Below, piece after piece: positions 34,401 to 44,300 of a DNA stretch of 64,000 bases (position 1 is its first letter; every line of letters starts with the position of its first letter). Under the pieces are notes generated by a model. It had not been told where the DNA came from, did not search any database, and saw nothing but the letters and a program-made list of their open reading frames with translations. The DNA is taken from the NCBI GenBank assembly GCA_905178155.1, contig CAJINV010000007.1:229371-293370 (forward strand), written 5' to 3'. The position numbers and the translations under genes are program-made. This DNA comes from Amoebophrya sp. A120. Taxonomy: Eukaryota; Protista; Dinoflagellata.

Positions 34401-35155
34401 GTCTGGGTCTGGAAGATTGCCAGGTTTGTGATGCAAATTTTGCATGACCAATGACGCCTGTAATGCATGCGGTAGCATCCCGGATTTTTCGAAGGCTTTC
34501 TGATGCTTATTCCGCACGAGAAATGCCCTCCCCATGTAGCACAAACTGGACTCCTTTTGCTAGTCATGCAATACAGATTTTTTTGGAAACCAAAGACAGC
34601 ATCACAAGTTACCACCTTCCAGACCCAGACATTTTTCAATTTGATATGGACTTATGTTGTCGCACGCTGTCGTCGAGGAGACTCGCTCTGTCGAACCGCC
34701 GCCTTGTATGAGAGTGCACAACCCCCCCTCCCCCTCATTTGCCATGCAAAATCCCAAATCCAGTCTGTTCCTCATGGCAGTGTTTGCATGACAAATTCGG
34801 ATGTTGGCCCAAATAGCCCTACACTCCAGCGTAATAAACTTGTCATGCAACAGCGGCATTCTTGCTGATGCTTTTATTGCCGTTCATGCTATACAAATGA
34901 GGGGGACGAGGGGGAGTTGTGCATTGTCATACCCCCTGTCGTCGTGGAGATGGCGCTGATCAGCGTCCCTGTATGATCTTCGCTGAAAACCTTTCGATAC
35001 GCTGCCATGGGAAGATTTTCTCCCTCCGGATGGGGGTAATTATATGGTCCTTGCTGTGTTGATGTCCTCATCTCGGAGGTGGGCGTAGAAGCTGCTGCTG
35101 GCGCACCTCCCTGCTGGGAGGACGACCTCTGTTCTTGCGAAGTGGAAGATGACAT
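10401..35155 (-). CDS. Giant spliced gene, ~3,300 aa: long S/T/Q/N-rich low-complexity region plus C-terminal RING-H2 finger (putative E3 ubiquitin ligase); ~50 exons
   Basis: Last exon encodes CVICMCALE...RLPCKHYFHFDCALEWLNNKGTCPTCR (C3H2C3). 47 TAT...ATA elements each give an in-frame join when removed with 5 flanking nt (e.g. WEDFET|RIEG, TTMPR|DYLF, DSKARE|ISLL, HQV|VRQ). One likely GT-AG intron at 21516-21273. Junction 15354-13864 is unresolved, so a two-gene split there cannot be excluded. Summed exons ~9,975 nt. Confidence 0.8.
11282..11431. mobile_element. Introner family B (TAT-N5-GCAAAAGTATCGTACTCGTA...TACGATACTTTTGC-N5-ATA), ~150 bp
   Basis: TSD GTCGG/GTCCG. Other members: 16062-16227, 19859-20026, 22115-22262, 25566-25714, 27470-27616, 30441-30590, 33682-33831, 50515-50663, 53252-53404. 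Confidence 0.92.
11764..12000. mobile_element. Introner family E (TATGGCGTTCTCAAATGTTACATTCTCAAC...GAGAACGCCATA), ~236 bp
   Basis: ~30-bp TIR. Other members 19396-19632 (TSD CCTTT/CCTTC) and 22915-23149 (TSD TCCGG) lie in the opposite orientation. Confidence 0.9.
12189..12432. mobile_element. Introner family A (TAT-N5-GCAAAAATGTCTGGGTCTGGAAG...CTTCCAGACCCAGACATTTTTGC-N5-ATA), ~245-325 bp, most abundant (32 copies)
   Basis: TSD GGTCT. Others: 12596-13114, 13471-13742, 15438-15698, 16295-16554, 16680-18080, 18779-19047, 19114-19358, 20824-21080, 23247-23497, 23581-23858, 26017-26278, 26361-26623, 27165-27440, 27679-27954, 28789-29041, 30756-31019, 31721-31988, 33958-34281, 34385-34646, 51029-51595, 51920-52188, 53475-53728, 54708-54970, 55117-55365, 56352-56613, 56693-56963, 57391-57652, 57988-58250, 59909-60184, 61925-62182, 62303-62564. 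This family is the source of the recurrent spurious 'PDPDIF/MSGSG/CKNVWVWK' ORF motifs. Confidence 0.95.
12640..12888 (-). mobile_element. ~250-bp insertion nested in an A-family introner; probable truncated non-LTR retroelement/SINE
   Basis: Interrupts the usual GCCAGACTTGTCATGC with duplication of ACTTG. Minus-strand 3' end is a (CCAA)n tail. Confidence 0.6.
13872..15115 (-). mobile_element. Helitron-like non-autonomous insertion containing palindromic tandem repeats
   Basis: Minus strand starts TC and ends with hairpin GCGGGCGTCC-T-GGACGCCCGC, 9 nt, then CTAG|T. Flanked by a ~55-60 bp direct duplication (13808-13868/15116-15170). Confidence 0.5.
14330..15115. repeat. Degenerate tandem array of ~45-bp hairpin units (GGCCATCACTTTT-GCCCGACCGG-AAAGTGATGGCC)
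   Basis: TTTGCCCG recurs about 15 times; the arms are inverted repeats. Confidence 0.85.
16733..17863. mobile_element. hAT-like non-autonomous element (~1.13 kb) nested in an A-family introner
   Basis: 8-bp TSD CATGCATG/CATGCATA. Imperfect TIRs CAGTAATCTGAATTG / CACTACGCTGAGTTG. Repeated CTGA(A/G)TTG motifs and an ATCA(C/T)GTGAT cluster at ~16950-17060. The two halves of the host introner (16680-16732, 17864-18080) join into a normal A element. Confidence 0.65.
20462..20764. mobile_element. Introner family K (…AAAAATCCCCCCTCCCCATA-type TIR), ~300-335 bp
   Basis: TSD CCTGC/ACTGC; left end is C-like. Other members: 58440-58762, 60238-60573, 61402-61711. Confidence 0.85.
21273..21516 (-). other. 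Probable canonical GT-AG intron of the RING gene
   Basis: Donor GAAA|GTATAT and acceptor TTATCCCGCAG|GT give in-frame NQSDE-S-QGSHS and skip in-frame stops. No TIR, TSD or shared motif. Confidence 0.6.
21677..21982. mobile_element. Introner family F/G (TATGGAAG(T/C)GTCAG...CTGAC(A/G)CTTCCATA), ~310 bp
   Basis: TSD ATGTT; long (~50 bp) TIR. Other members: 24635-24948 (TSD GTCGC), 32946-33252 (TSD GCTGG). Confidence 0.9.
25134..25284. mobile_element. Singleton introner (TATCCACAGTAAATTTCCTGTACA...TGTACAGGAAATTTACATTGCATA)
   Basis: TSD TCAGC; frame restored (FTA|ETSV). Other singletons: 50254-50466 (TSD AAGAC), 50695-50958 (AAGTG), 52636-52894 (GTGTG/GTGTT), 62635-63854 (TGCCC). Confidence 0.88.
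32228..32394 (-). mobile_element. ~167-bp insertion nested in a D-family introner; probable truncated non-LTR retroelement
   Basis: Duplication of CTGCCA relative to the uninterrupted copy at 5225-5435. (TGA)n tail at the minus-strand 3' end. Confidence 0.6.
34707..34931. mobile_element. Introner family I (TAT-N-GTGCACAAC(T/C)CCCCCTC...CATTTG), ~215-320 bp
   Basis: Other members: 51658-51870 (TSD GGTCT), 53814-54133 (ATGGT), 57121-57336 (TGCGA), 60617-60877. The TSD of this copy is diverged but the frame is restored. Confidence 0.88.
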
Positions 35156-35980
35156 ACCCGGTTTTTTTTTTGAGGTCCTGCTCTCCTTCCGAGAAAGAGA
35201 ATTAGGTAGTTTTATGACGAAATATTCGTCGTGTTAACACGCCGATTTAGTTTCACGTGGACGACGTTGCTTTTATCCTCGTTATGTAGGACGATAAGAA
35301 GTGATAAAACCAGGAAAAAGTCGGTAGTCGATGACTATTAATTTGGCCGAAAAAAAAAACCGCAGCGAGCCACACACAGAGTAATAGTGAGTGGTTTGCT
35401 CAGGATAAAAGATTTTCCTCGATGGCACAAAAATAGTTAAAGATTGGGCAAAAGGTATTGAAGCACGTGGTAAAAGAGAAGTTTTCTTGCCAGAAAATTG
35501 CGAGGTTAGTTATGTTCTGCGATCGGTTTCAAACGAACCCGAACGAGAATCAACAAACCCTACAAAGTAGTCCTGCAAAAAAGAAACTTCTCCTCCAAAT
35601 TATGCAAGTATCAAATACCAGTCCACAAAAGCTCAAACGAATACTCTACGGCATCTTCCCCGTTTTTCTTTTCTCTACTTTACGACCAAGTCCGCCGGAA
35701 TATTAGCGAACCTGGCTGACAAAAGAGGAAAACTCAGGGATGATCTTTAGAGCACAATGTGACTTTTTCTTCAAGTCATGGGTAGTAGAAATACTTTTAA
35801 TATTGCAAACAAGAACAGTAAAGAATCGACGAGACTAGACAATCTATAGATGAATTTGGTAGGAGTACTGTTTTCGCAAAATAGTATTAGGGTCGTCGTT
35901 CTTGGGTAGTAGATCAAAGCACAAACACGCTGTCGTTTACTTTGTCGTGTTGTATGAAGGTCGCGCCCGGAGGGCGATAT

Positions 35981-37439
35981 TGGTAACCAAATGCGTGCGC
36001 GAAAATCTAACCAGCGCGAAAGCCTAACCAGCCGCGCGGCGAAAGCGCGGCCCTGCGGGCCGCGCTTTGGCGCTATTTATTTTTGATTACAGTCCCACTC
36101 CTTCGTCTTCAAGCCCCCCGCATGAGAAACTGGCCCCCTGGCCAGGAAGGTTTCTGGGTCATCGGTGGCTTCCGGATTTCTATTCAAAGCGTATCGCAGG
36201 AGCCTGCGGGCCGCCGCGGGCTCCACCACTTCCCCGCGGCCCTAAAGGGCCGCGCACAACTACTGTCGCCCGCGGCGGCCCGCAGGCTCCTGCGATACGC
36301 ATTGAATGCTAAGTCCGGCTATGTGGCAGCGGGGCATCCTTTTTAGCCCCTGCATGACAAACTGGCCCCCTGGCCCGGGAGGTATGTTGCCGGGGGGAGG
36401 GCTTGAACGGGGCATCCTTTCTAGCCCCCTGCATGACAAACTGGCCCCCTGTCCCGAAAGGTATGCGGAAGGCCGAAAACCCGCGAACCCTTCCGGGCCA
36501 CCAAAATCGGCCATTTCAGACCCGGGGAAGATGCAGAATTTCTGCCCACAACCCAGAGCAAATGCGGACTTTGTGACATGCCTCCGCCCGCTTCTAGTGC
36601 GATTTTTTTTCCCCAATCGCGATGGTATGGCGCAAGCGCGCGCCCGCCGGACCGCCCTTGGTGGCCAGTTTCTAAGCCTGCCGGGGGTTCTCGATTTCTT
36701 TTAATTTTCGCGTTTTTTTCTGGTTTCTAAGTGGCCCGGGGGACCTGCACATTTTCACCGACCGCAGCTGACTGGCAGTTTTCAAGCCTGCGGAGGGATT
36801 GCGCTTTTGCGCAATTTTTCATCTTTTTCTATTTTCCAAGTGGCCCGGGCGACCTGGACATTTTCACCGCCCCCACCTTGGTGGAAGTTTTGAAGCCTGC
36901 GGAGGGATTGCGCTTTTGCGCAATTTCTCATCTTTTCCCATTTTCCAAGTGGCCCGGGTGATCTGGACAAAATCCGACGATTGCCTCCACCCACGTTATG
37001 ACGCATTTTTTTGCCATTTTTTTCAAACTTTTTCCAGTTACGAAGCGGCCCAAGGCTTCCGGACAGGTCGCGGGCCTGCTGCTCCAACGCAGCTGGCCAG
37101 CGGGCGGAGCAAAAAATAGTCCGTCTCTTTTTCAGATATCAAGTGGGCTAAACCGCAAAAATACTCTTTTTTCACCTTCTCCCGCTTGGTTTCTGCCGTT
37201 TTTGCGACATTTTTGACCTCCTGGCCATTTTCCCATCTGGTCCGCTTTTTTTCCCTTCTCCCGCTTCATTTCTGGCCATTTCCCTGACCTTCACGCCTCC
37301 CGGCGGTTGCCCTATATGGTAACGGCAACTGCCTTCGCGCTGCGTTTGCTAAGCAATATCGCAAGCGCGCAGAGCGCGCGCGCCGGCTTCGTGGGCCGGC
37401 GCGCGCTCTGCGCGCGCGCGCGCACGCATTTGGTTACCA
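35981..37439. mobile_element. GC-rich non-autonomous TIR element (or solo-LTR-like), TG...CA ends
   Basis: Perfect 21-bp TIR TGGTAACCAAATGCGTGCGCG. Flanks GATAT/GATAA. Internal 40-bp-arm hairpin (36182-36307) and ~109-bp direct repeats (36729-36960). No credible ORF. Confidence 0.75.
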
Positions 37440-40400
37440 GATAATTCGTTCGTATGTGTACGTGTTTTTTGATACAGTTGTTATTGAAGCTACATATTAG
37501 ATACGGACATAATATGTGATAGTTTTTATGAGAAGATTCGTCGGGCCGGACGAGGTTCTTGACGAGCAGTGGTCTCAGCCGGAAGAATAACTTCTGAGAT
37601 GAGACCTGATCGATCTATCACCACGCCGGTAGTATTTTCCGCGGTCAATCCTCAAATAGTGTGGTACAACAATGAGATACTAGAGAACAACTATTCGTTG
37701 TGTTTGTTCAGTAAATTGTCGCTAACTTGATTTTACGATAGCAGGGAAGAGAAAACTTTCCCGGAAAATTATATCACTCAATCTGGAAAAACTATAATTC
37801 TATTCACGGTACTATGAGATTGAGGTGGGATTAGAAATCGTCCGCATTTGTTGTCTTCTGAATAGAGTTGAGAGATCACACTACAATCACAGAGAAGAAC
37901 AACTTGCGGTGTAGTTTTTGTATATAATCGCTGGTACTATTTTCGATTGGTATTTATTTGACAATTTTCTACTATTGGGTCACAACTTCTTGGGGCAGGT
38001 CCTGTGTCGTTGTAAGAAATTGGGGAATGCAGTAGTTCCGTGCTCCGGTACCTACGCATTAATCCTATAATCGGTCCTTAAAAATCTCTTGTAATATAAA
38101 TGCCGAGTCGTCGTCACTACACCTGATAGCTCAGTTCCTACTGCTAGTACTATGTATTCTCCCGATATTCTGTCAAGTTTGTCAACAGAAATCGACAGAC
38201 CACCGAATCAGTTTTTCAATAGCTCTGAAACTGATGTCGTTGCTGTAGCAGGGAACTGAACAATATCACGAACTACTACTACGTATCCCTCTCGCCGTCT
38301 CCAGTAGTGAGTCCTAAAGGTGTTTTTTTATGATGATCGAGAAGTAATTCTTTATGGTGATGTGTCGCGACGACGACGAGTCAAACTAACACAGTCCGCT
38401 GCTCCTGTGCTCCTCTCGTCGACAAGCGACGAGCTATTTTGTAAGCTGCTTATAATCTCCAGGAGCTGCGAGCTGCAAGTTGTGCCGCGTCGGTTTTGTA
38501 AAAAAGCAGTAGAGATAGAGATAGTACTACAACTAGGCCAAAATTTTATTTCTCGGGGCCCATGTAAAAATACAGCAATCTCAAGTCTCCAACTCTTCCT
38601 CTCTCATCAACTACAGGTGGTGATAACAGTTTTCAAATCGAAACAGAGTTCTTCTTTACGTGGTACTATATCTTTCGATAACCGCAAAAAAAAACTGCTC
38701 TCGAATTTTTAGAGAAAGAAGTACTGGCTCCGCTTTTCTGTCGTACGTTCGCGCGCTTGAGGCCAAGAAAAGTCGTTGATGAATGACCGATGATTTTTAT
38801 TGCTATCTCTCCACACACAAGAATCGGTATCCTGACAAGTACTATAAAACATAGAGTCAAAAATACCGGCGACGTTTCGAGCTTGCTAGAACCCGGTTTT
38901 TTACATCGTAAGATCCCGCGAAAAAACCGAACTTTGTTGTCACCTTGTGGTGTTTTGCGAAAATCTATAACTGCTTCCGAAAAAAAAACGTATCTATACC
39001 TACACCGCTATTCTTCTGTACAAGTATCAAAAAAAGAATTGAAAGTGCCGGCGATAGTTGTAAAATAAATTGCCCCCTGCTTGTCTTGCCAACAATTCTG
39101 CGACAAGTATCTATAGTCACTTCGTTTATTATTGTAGATACCTTTGTAAGTTACAGTCACACACACCAGGCACAGCAGCGCGCCTTTGCGCACAACGCTG
39201 CGACTAGTTGAGTCGTTTGTTCGGTAGAATGTAGTAAACTGATATAGTAGTGTCTTCGCACAACTAGTAGTTCTTCAGTGAGGTGGAAAAGCTGTTCGTT
39301 TGTCGGTTCTCCTTGTCGGGAATCGTTGTTTCTGGAATTTCCGTACTACTCCTTCTCCTGCTACTTTAGTGCCCCCGTCTAGTAGCGTCTGAAAAATTCC
39401 AAAACTTCTTCCCGCCGACCGCCAACGGTTTTGTATATCCTATCTCAAGATTGGTGTCAAGACTCACCGGCTCTTTGAAGTTTATGATTCCCAACCCAGG
39501 AGCGCTATACCAACCTTGAGAAAGACGCAAGACGCCTTATTTTGGTATAAAAGTTTACACGATCTCACAACAAGATTCCGTAGGGCGATTGTTGGATAAA
39601 AGTATATAAGTATCCTAGCGGTCTAACATTTCTTGCTGATGCGTGCTGCTAGAAATTTCTCGAAGAAACTCGATTTCTGATATCGTTATCGGACAATTTC
39701 TAGTAGACAAAAAAAACACGACCTCGGGAGTGATAGGCTTAGGACGAAACGTTCCTTATTCAGAAGTGAAATAAAAATACGGCAAAAATAGTTCGAACTT
39801 TTCACAGTATTCCTGATGCGTCGAAGCTTACTGTCCGCTTCGACTAGTTTCACGACTGTATACTCGGTTCGAGCCACGTGCTTATTGCCTGTTGAGTTTA
39901 CACTTCTCGTGCGTTCTTGTGATGCACTACGTAACCCCCCTCCCCCTCCCTAGCGTGATTTTAGCTGTAACTAGAACAATAAAGTTTGTGCTGATTATTT
40001 ATTAGGCTGCAATTATAGCTCTGATTCGGTTCTTGTTTCACGACACAGCTTCGCCTTGTGTTTCTGCTGCCTATAGCGAGTTCTTCCAAGAGCAATCCGC
40101 CCTGATCAGCAACTATAAGTAGACTCCAATACTTCTCTCCGTGGGTCCTTGTCCTTCTTTCCTACTGAAATTTGTTTCAAAGAAGTGCGCTTTTATTTAC
40201 GAGAAAACATTTTTTTCCCTTCAAGAGCGTTGTATTTTCTACTGGCTAAGATGACGGCCGGTTGGATGTCCTACACAACAACTGAACTGCGGCACTACTG
40301 TTTCTAGTTTTAATACTGTCGGCGAAATCATGGAATAAATGCCACCTGCTACTTCACAATCTCTACAGCAAAAAACGAAATTTAGTACAATGCTACGCCA

Positions 40401-41371
40401 CTGATCTACGAGTAGGTCTGATTCCGCAAAGAACCGCCAAAAAAACGACTTCGAAATATGGCTTTGGCTTGTTGACTCGTTAGCTTCAATAAATACTTGT
40501 CTTTCTCAAAATAAATATATCGAATCGGTTCTCTCTTTATTCCTCTCTTTTTGTCAAAGGTCACTGTCTGGTCGTGAAGAATCAAGCAATTTTGGGGTCG
40601 TGCAAGAAATAAAACTCAACCGTGCCGGCCCGGCGACGAAAGATAGTGGAAAGCTGGACGACAGGAAAAAAATTCGTATACGGATCTTTTTTCACATAGA
40701 GGTTCTTGGGTTACTTATTCAGTAGTAGAGCTACCGGATGAAAAGCAACGATCCAAAAACTGATCTCCCAGCAGAGCTTGTAGCCGCGAGAAAAGAGAGT
40801 AGACCCATGGAGCTAGAAAGATCTCTGTTCTTGTTCTTCGTGCCGCCCGTGTATTGAGTAAGCTTAAGCATATGTACTAAGCATATGTACAATATCTTTG
40901 GAAAAAATTCTACAGCAAGTGTTGTGCGCCGCTTTCTTCGATACTAATTAGCAATAAAGTGAACAAAAAAAATTTCGCATCAGAGTTGTTCCACGCGCCT
41001 CCGCGCGACTTCGTTTAGAAGCGTAAGTCGGGCTACGCATTTGAAATCCCATTGTGCTTCGTTTCATATTTTGTCCTGCACGTCGGTGCGGCTTTCGGTT
41101 ATTTTACATGCGGGCTGTTTGGTGCTCCTCCTGAGATAGCTTCACTAGCTGTAGATAGAAGGCATTGCGACGCTCTGGCAAATAAATCTACGAGAGAAGA
41201 AGTACTACGCTTCTTTGCTCTATAATGCGCAGCACTGGTTCCTTTCTATTCTATATCATGCAAAGCAAAAGTACTGCGGTGAGAAACTAAAAAGTACTTT
41301 GAATAGTCGCCAGCAAGGACGAGCGCCGGAATGTTGAAAATGAAAACAGTCTTGCTTTACATTTATTATGT

Positions 41372-44300
41372 TCATCGTATCACAATGTCGAGACTTAACC
41401 CGGGGCAAAAACCTCCGACGTTCTCTTCGACACGAAGAAACCGGAAGCTCCCTTGCATGTTGTACCGGTTCCCCCATGACGATGACACCAGATTCCGAAT
41501 CGCAAGTAGCACCGACCGGTGAAACTCCGTGTCGTTGTTTTCACAATTTTCTGCAGCACGCGTCGGACGATGATCTCCAGAAACTATCGCAGTTTGTGCT
41601 GCTGATATTGCTGCTGTGGGTACACCAAACGATGTCGACACCCCGTGGAGGTTTTTTGCGTCTGTAACTGTATTGCCACGACAAGATAATTGGTCGTGCA
41701 GCTGCAGGATTTGTTGCAGCCTCAACGCTGCGGCTACAACAGACCCCATCTGCTGCAGCTTCATGCGCGTTTTCCAACTGGAACTATGTTGACCATTTCC
41801 TGCAGAAGAGGTGCGACACCACGCGAGTCCTCCCACTAGCTCCCGGAGAAATTTGAGTGGCGGCTGGACAAAGCAGCAGACACAGGAAAAGCAAACCCGG
41901 ACCGCGTTCTCGAACGATGCTGGTGCTAGGGACGCGCTGGCTCTTGCTGGCAGGGACGAGGAACTGCCTGAAGGGGAAGGTAGAGCACCGGGAAAAACAG
42001 CACCTGCTGCGTTCATCATCTTCGCAGCACCGCTGCAAGTATATAAACGTAAAATTTTCTGTAATGAATCCACGTCCCCACACCGGTGGCAGGCCCACAG
42101 AATCGTGTTTGTCAGGTTTTCATCGACCAGCACGTGGCCAGCTTCATTTCTGGTCCGCGGGAAGTTGTTTTTCATCATCAACACCTCCAGCAGGTGGTCC
42201 ACCGCCCTGCGAAGAAACCTCGGCTGATACACCTGTCGGTCGGCAAGCGCCATGAGGATCCGGCCAGTAGACGTCGGGGTGAAGAAGTTGCGCCGAAACT
42301 TGTCATGCGCTAGTTCAACATCCGTACTAGTAGTACGTGTACCACAAAACTGCCTCTGCCTCTCATCGATCCTCTGCAACACAAGCTGCAGAAAGTCCGG
42401 CTCATCTTGTCCTTCTACCATGATTTCCAACGACGCACAGATCACGTTGACAAACTCGATCTCGTCAAGGGCACTGTGGGGGAAGGAATCAGACTCAGGC
42501 AACCCAGGAAGTGCTGGCGTTTGCTTCTTCAGAAGCTGTTTCAGAAAATTCCGAAACTGAGCTCTCCGACGCTGGTAAGTCGACATGCTGGTGGAGGAAG
42601 ACAAGACATCATCTTGGTCGCTGGAGGGCGAGGGCGTTGTTGGACGAGAGCGCCTTCGACTACTTGCCGTCTGGTGAGCTGCCAAGTCTTCGATCACTTT
42701 CGGCGCGATGTGGCAGAAGTTGCAAATGTCCCGCTTGTCGTTGCTCTTGAAAAAAGCCGTGGTCTTTAGTGCCGGCGCGGACCCTCCTGCTGCGAACGAG
42801 CAGGGTGAAATTCCCGTCCGAAGCACTAGATTTTCTTCCGTTTTCAAAATTTCGTCTAACACTTTTCCGCACCAGATACGCAAAACTAGGAGTTCCTCGT
42901 AGCTGATGGGATCATCGTGACCAGCCACGGTGGGTTGCAGCAGTGCCGGCGCATGTGCAGCATTTGCATTGATGCTGGTTGGACTACAATTTGTTCCGAT
43001 TGCCTGCCACAAAGCGCGCAAAGCTCGGTAGTGGTTCTGTGGTACTATCTGTGCTGGAGGCGAAAGAGCTCCCAGCGTTTCTGTGTTCTCGGGATAATTT
43101 CCTCTCGAGAATAGCTGCACGTAAAATTTCGTCTGTTGCGATCGTTGTTCCGAAGTAGTGTCTTCACTTTTTCCGAGATTTCTTCGCGCGGTGTCCAGTT
43201 TTCCCAAACATCTGCTTTCATCTAGTCGGGCCAGATTGATAATGGTCTTTGCGCAATACCGTACAGCCGCTTGTGTAGGTTCAAATGCAGTAGAGTCCGG
43301 GCAGTTTATCCGTAGTGCTCGAGACACCGACGCCTTTACGTGCTCGCAAAACTTCCGATGGTAGTGCGGTAGTTTCGCAGTGTGTATAGGTCCGGCATCA
43401 AAGGTATTAGCGGCTTTTCCTCCAGCAGAAGCGTCGATGGCACGGCTTGTTTTTGACAGCTGCGAATCCTCGCTGCGACACAAGATTTCAGAAGCCGCCC
43501 ACAGAACCTTTGGCGACTTCCAGTCTGTTTCTTGCGGCCAGTCGGTGTGTCGTGCAGGCCTCCTCTTGTTTCGTTCCGCAGCAGAGCTCCTCCAAGTTCC
43601 GGTGAAGAGGTCCAGCATTGGCTCTCGACACAGGAAGTTCTCCATGACACGCACCAGAGCTGTAGTCCTCGTGCTTGTAGTCGTTCTACTGGTTCTGCTT
43701 GGCTGCATTCGATCCAAATTTTCCAAAATCGTTCCGAAACTCAGAAGCGCGAAACCTGCGTTGTGTTCTGTGATCCTCAACTTCTCCAGCGTGAGAGAAG
43801 CGATCTGTTCCAGCACGAAAAGAAGACTGGCGACCAAGTGTTGCTCATTCGCATCGCCTATTTGACGATCCAGTGCGCTCATAGAGATAGAGGCGACCGG
43901 TCCCTTCATCCTTGCAGCCGCATCCAGAAGCGTCAAAATTTCGGGATCTGCCAGCGGTTTCGGAAAACTGCCGTCGCTTAGACAGGTTTTGAAGGCAGCA
44001 ACCAGCTGCTGTTGCAATGAAACGTGAGATTTCAACATCTTGTCGGCTGCACGACCTCCCGCTATAGCCGCGTCCGGCACTAGTGCACCACGACCGCCAA
44101 AAGTAGTAGAACAAAGGCTGAGAAGACTACTCGCAAGCGAATGAAGCAGGCTTGCAAGCTGCTGTCCCGAGTACAGACGTCGCCTTGCCAATTTCTGAAT
44201 CTCGTCCGAAATGAGAAATTCGACGAACTCAGCAGTTAGCAGAGGTCGCTCCGCCTGTGGAAGTCCCGCAATGGATGGTCGTGCTGGCGCACCACGTTGT

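Noticed and set aside
11282-34931. Repeat-spacer alternation read as a CRISPR-like or integron cassette array
   Set aside because: The 'spacers' join into one continuous reading frame and each repeat has its own TSD, so they are exons and insertions.
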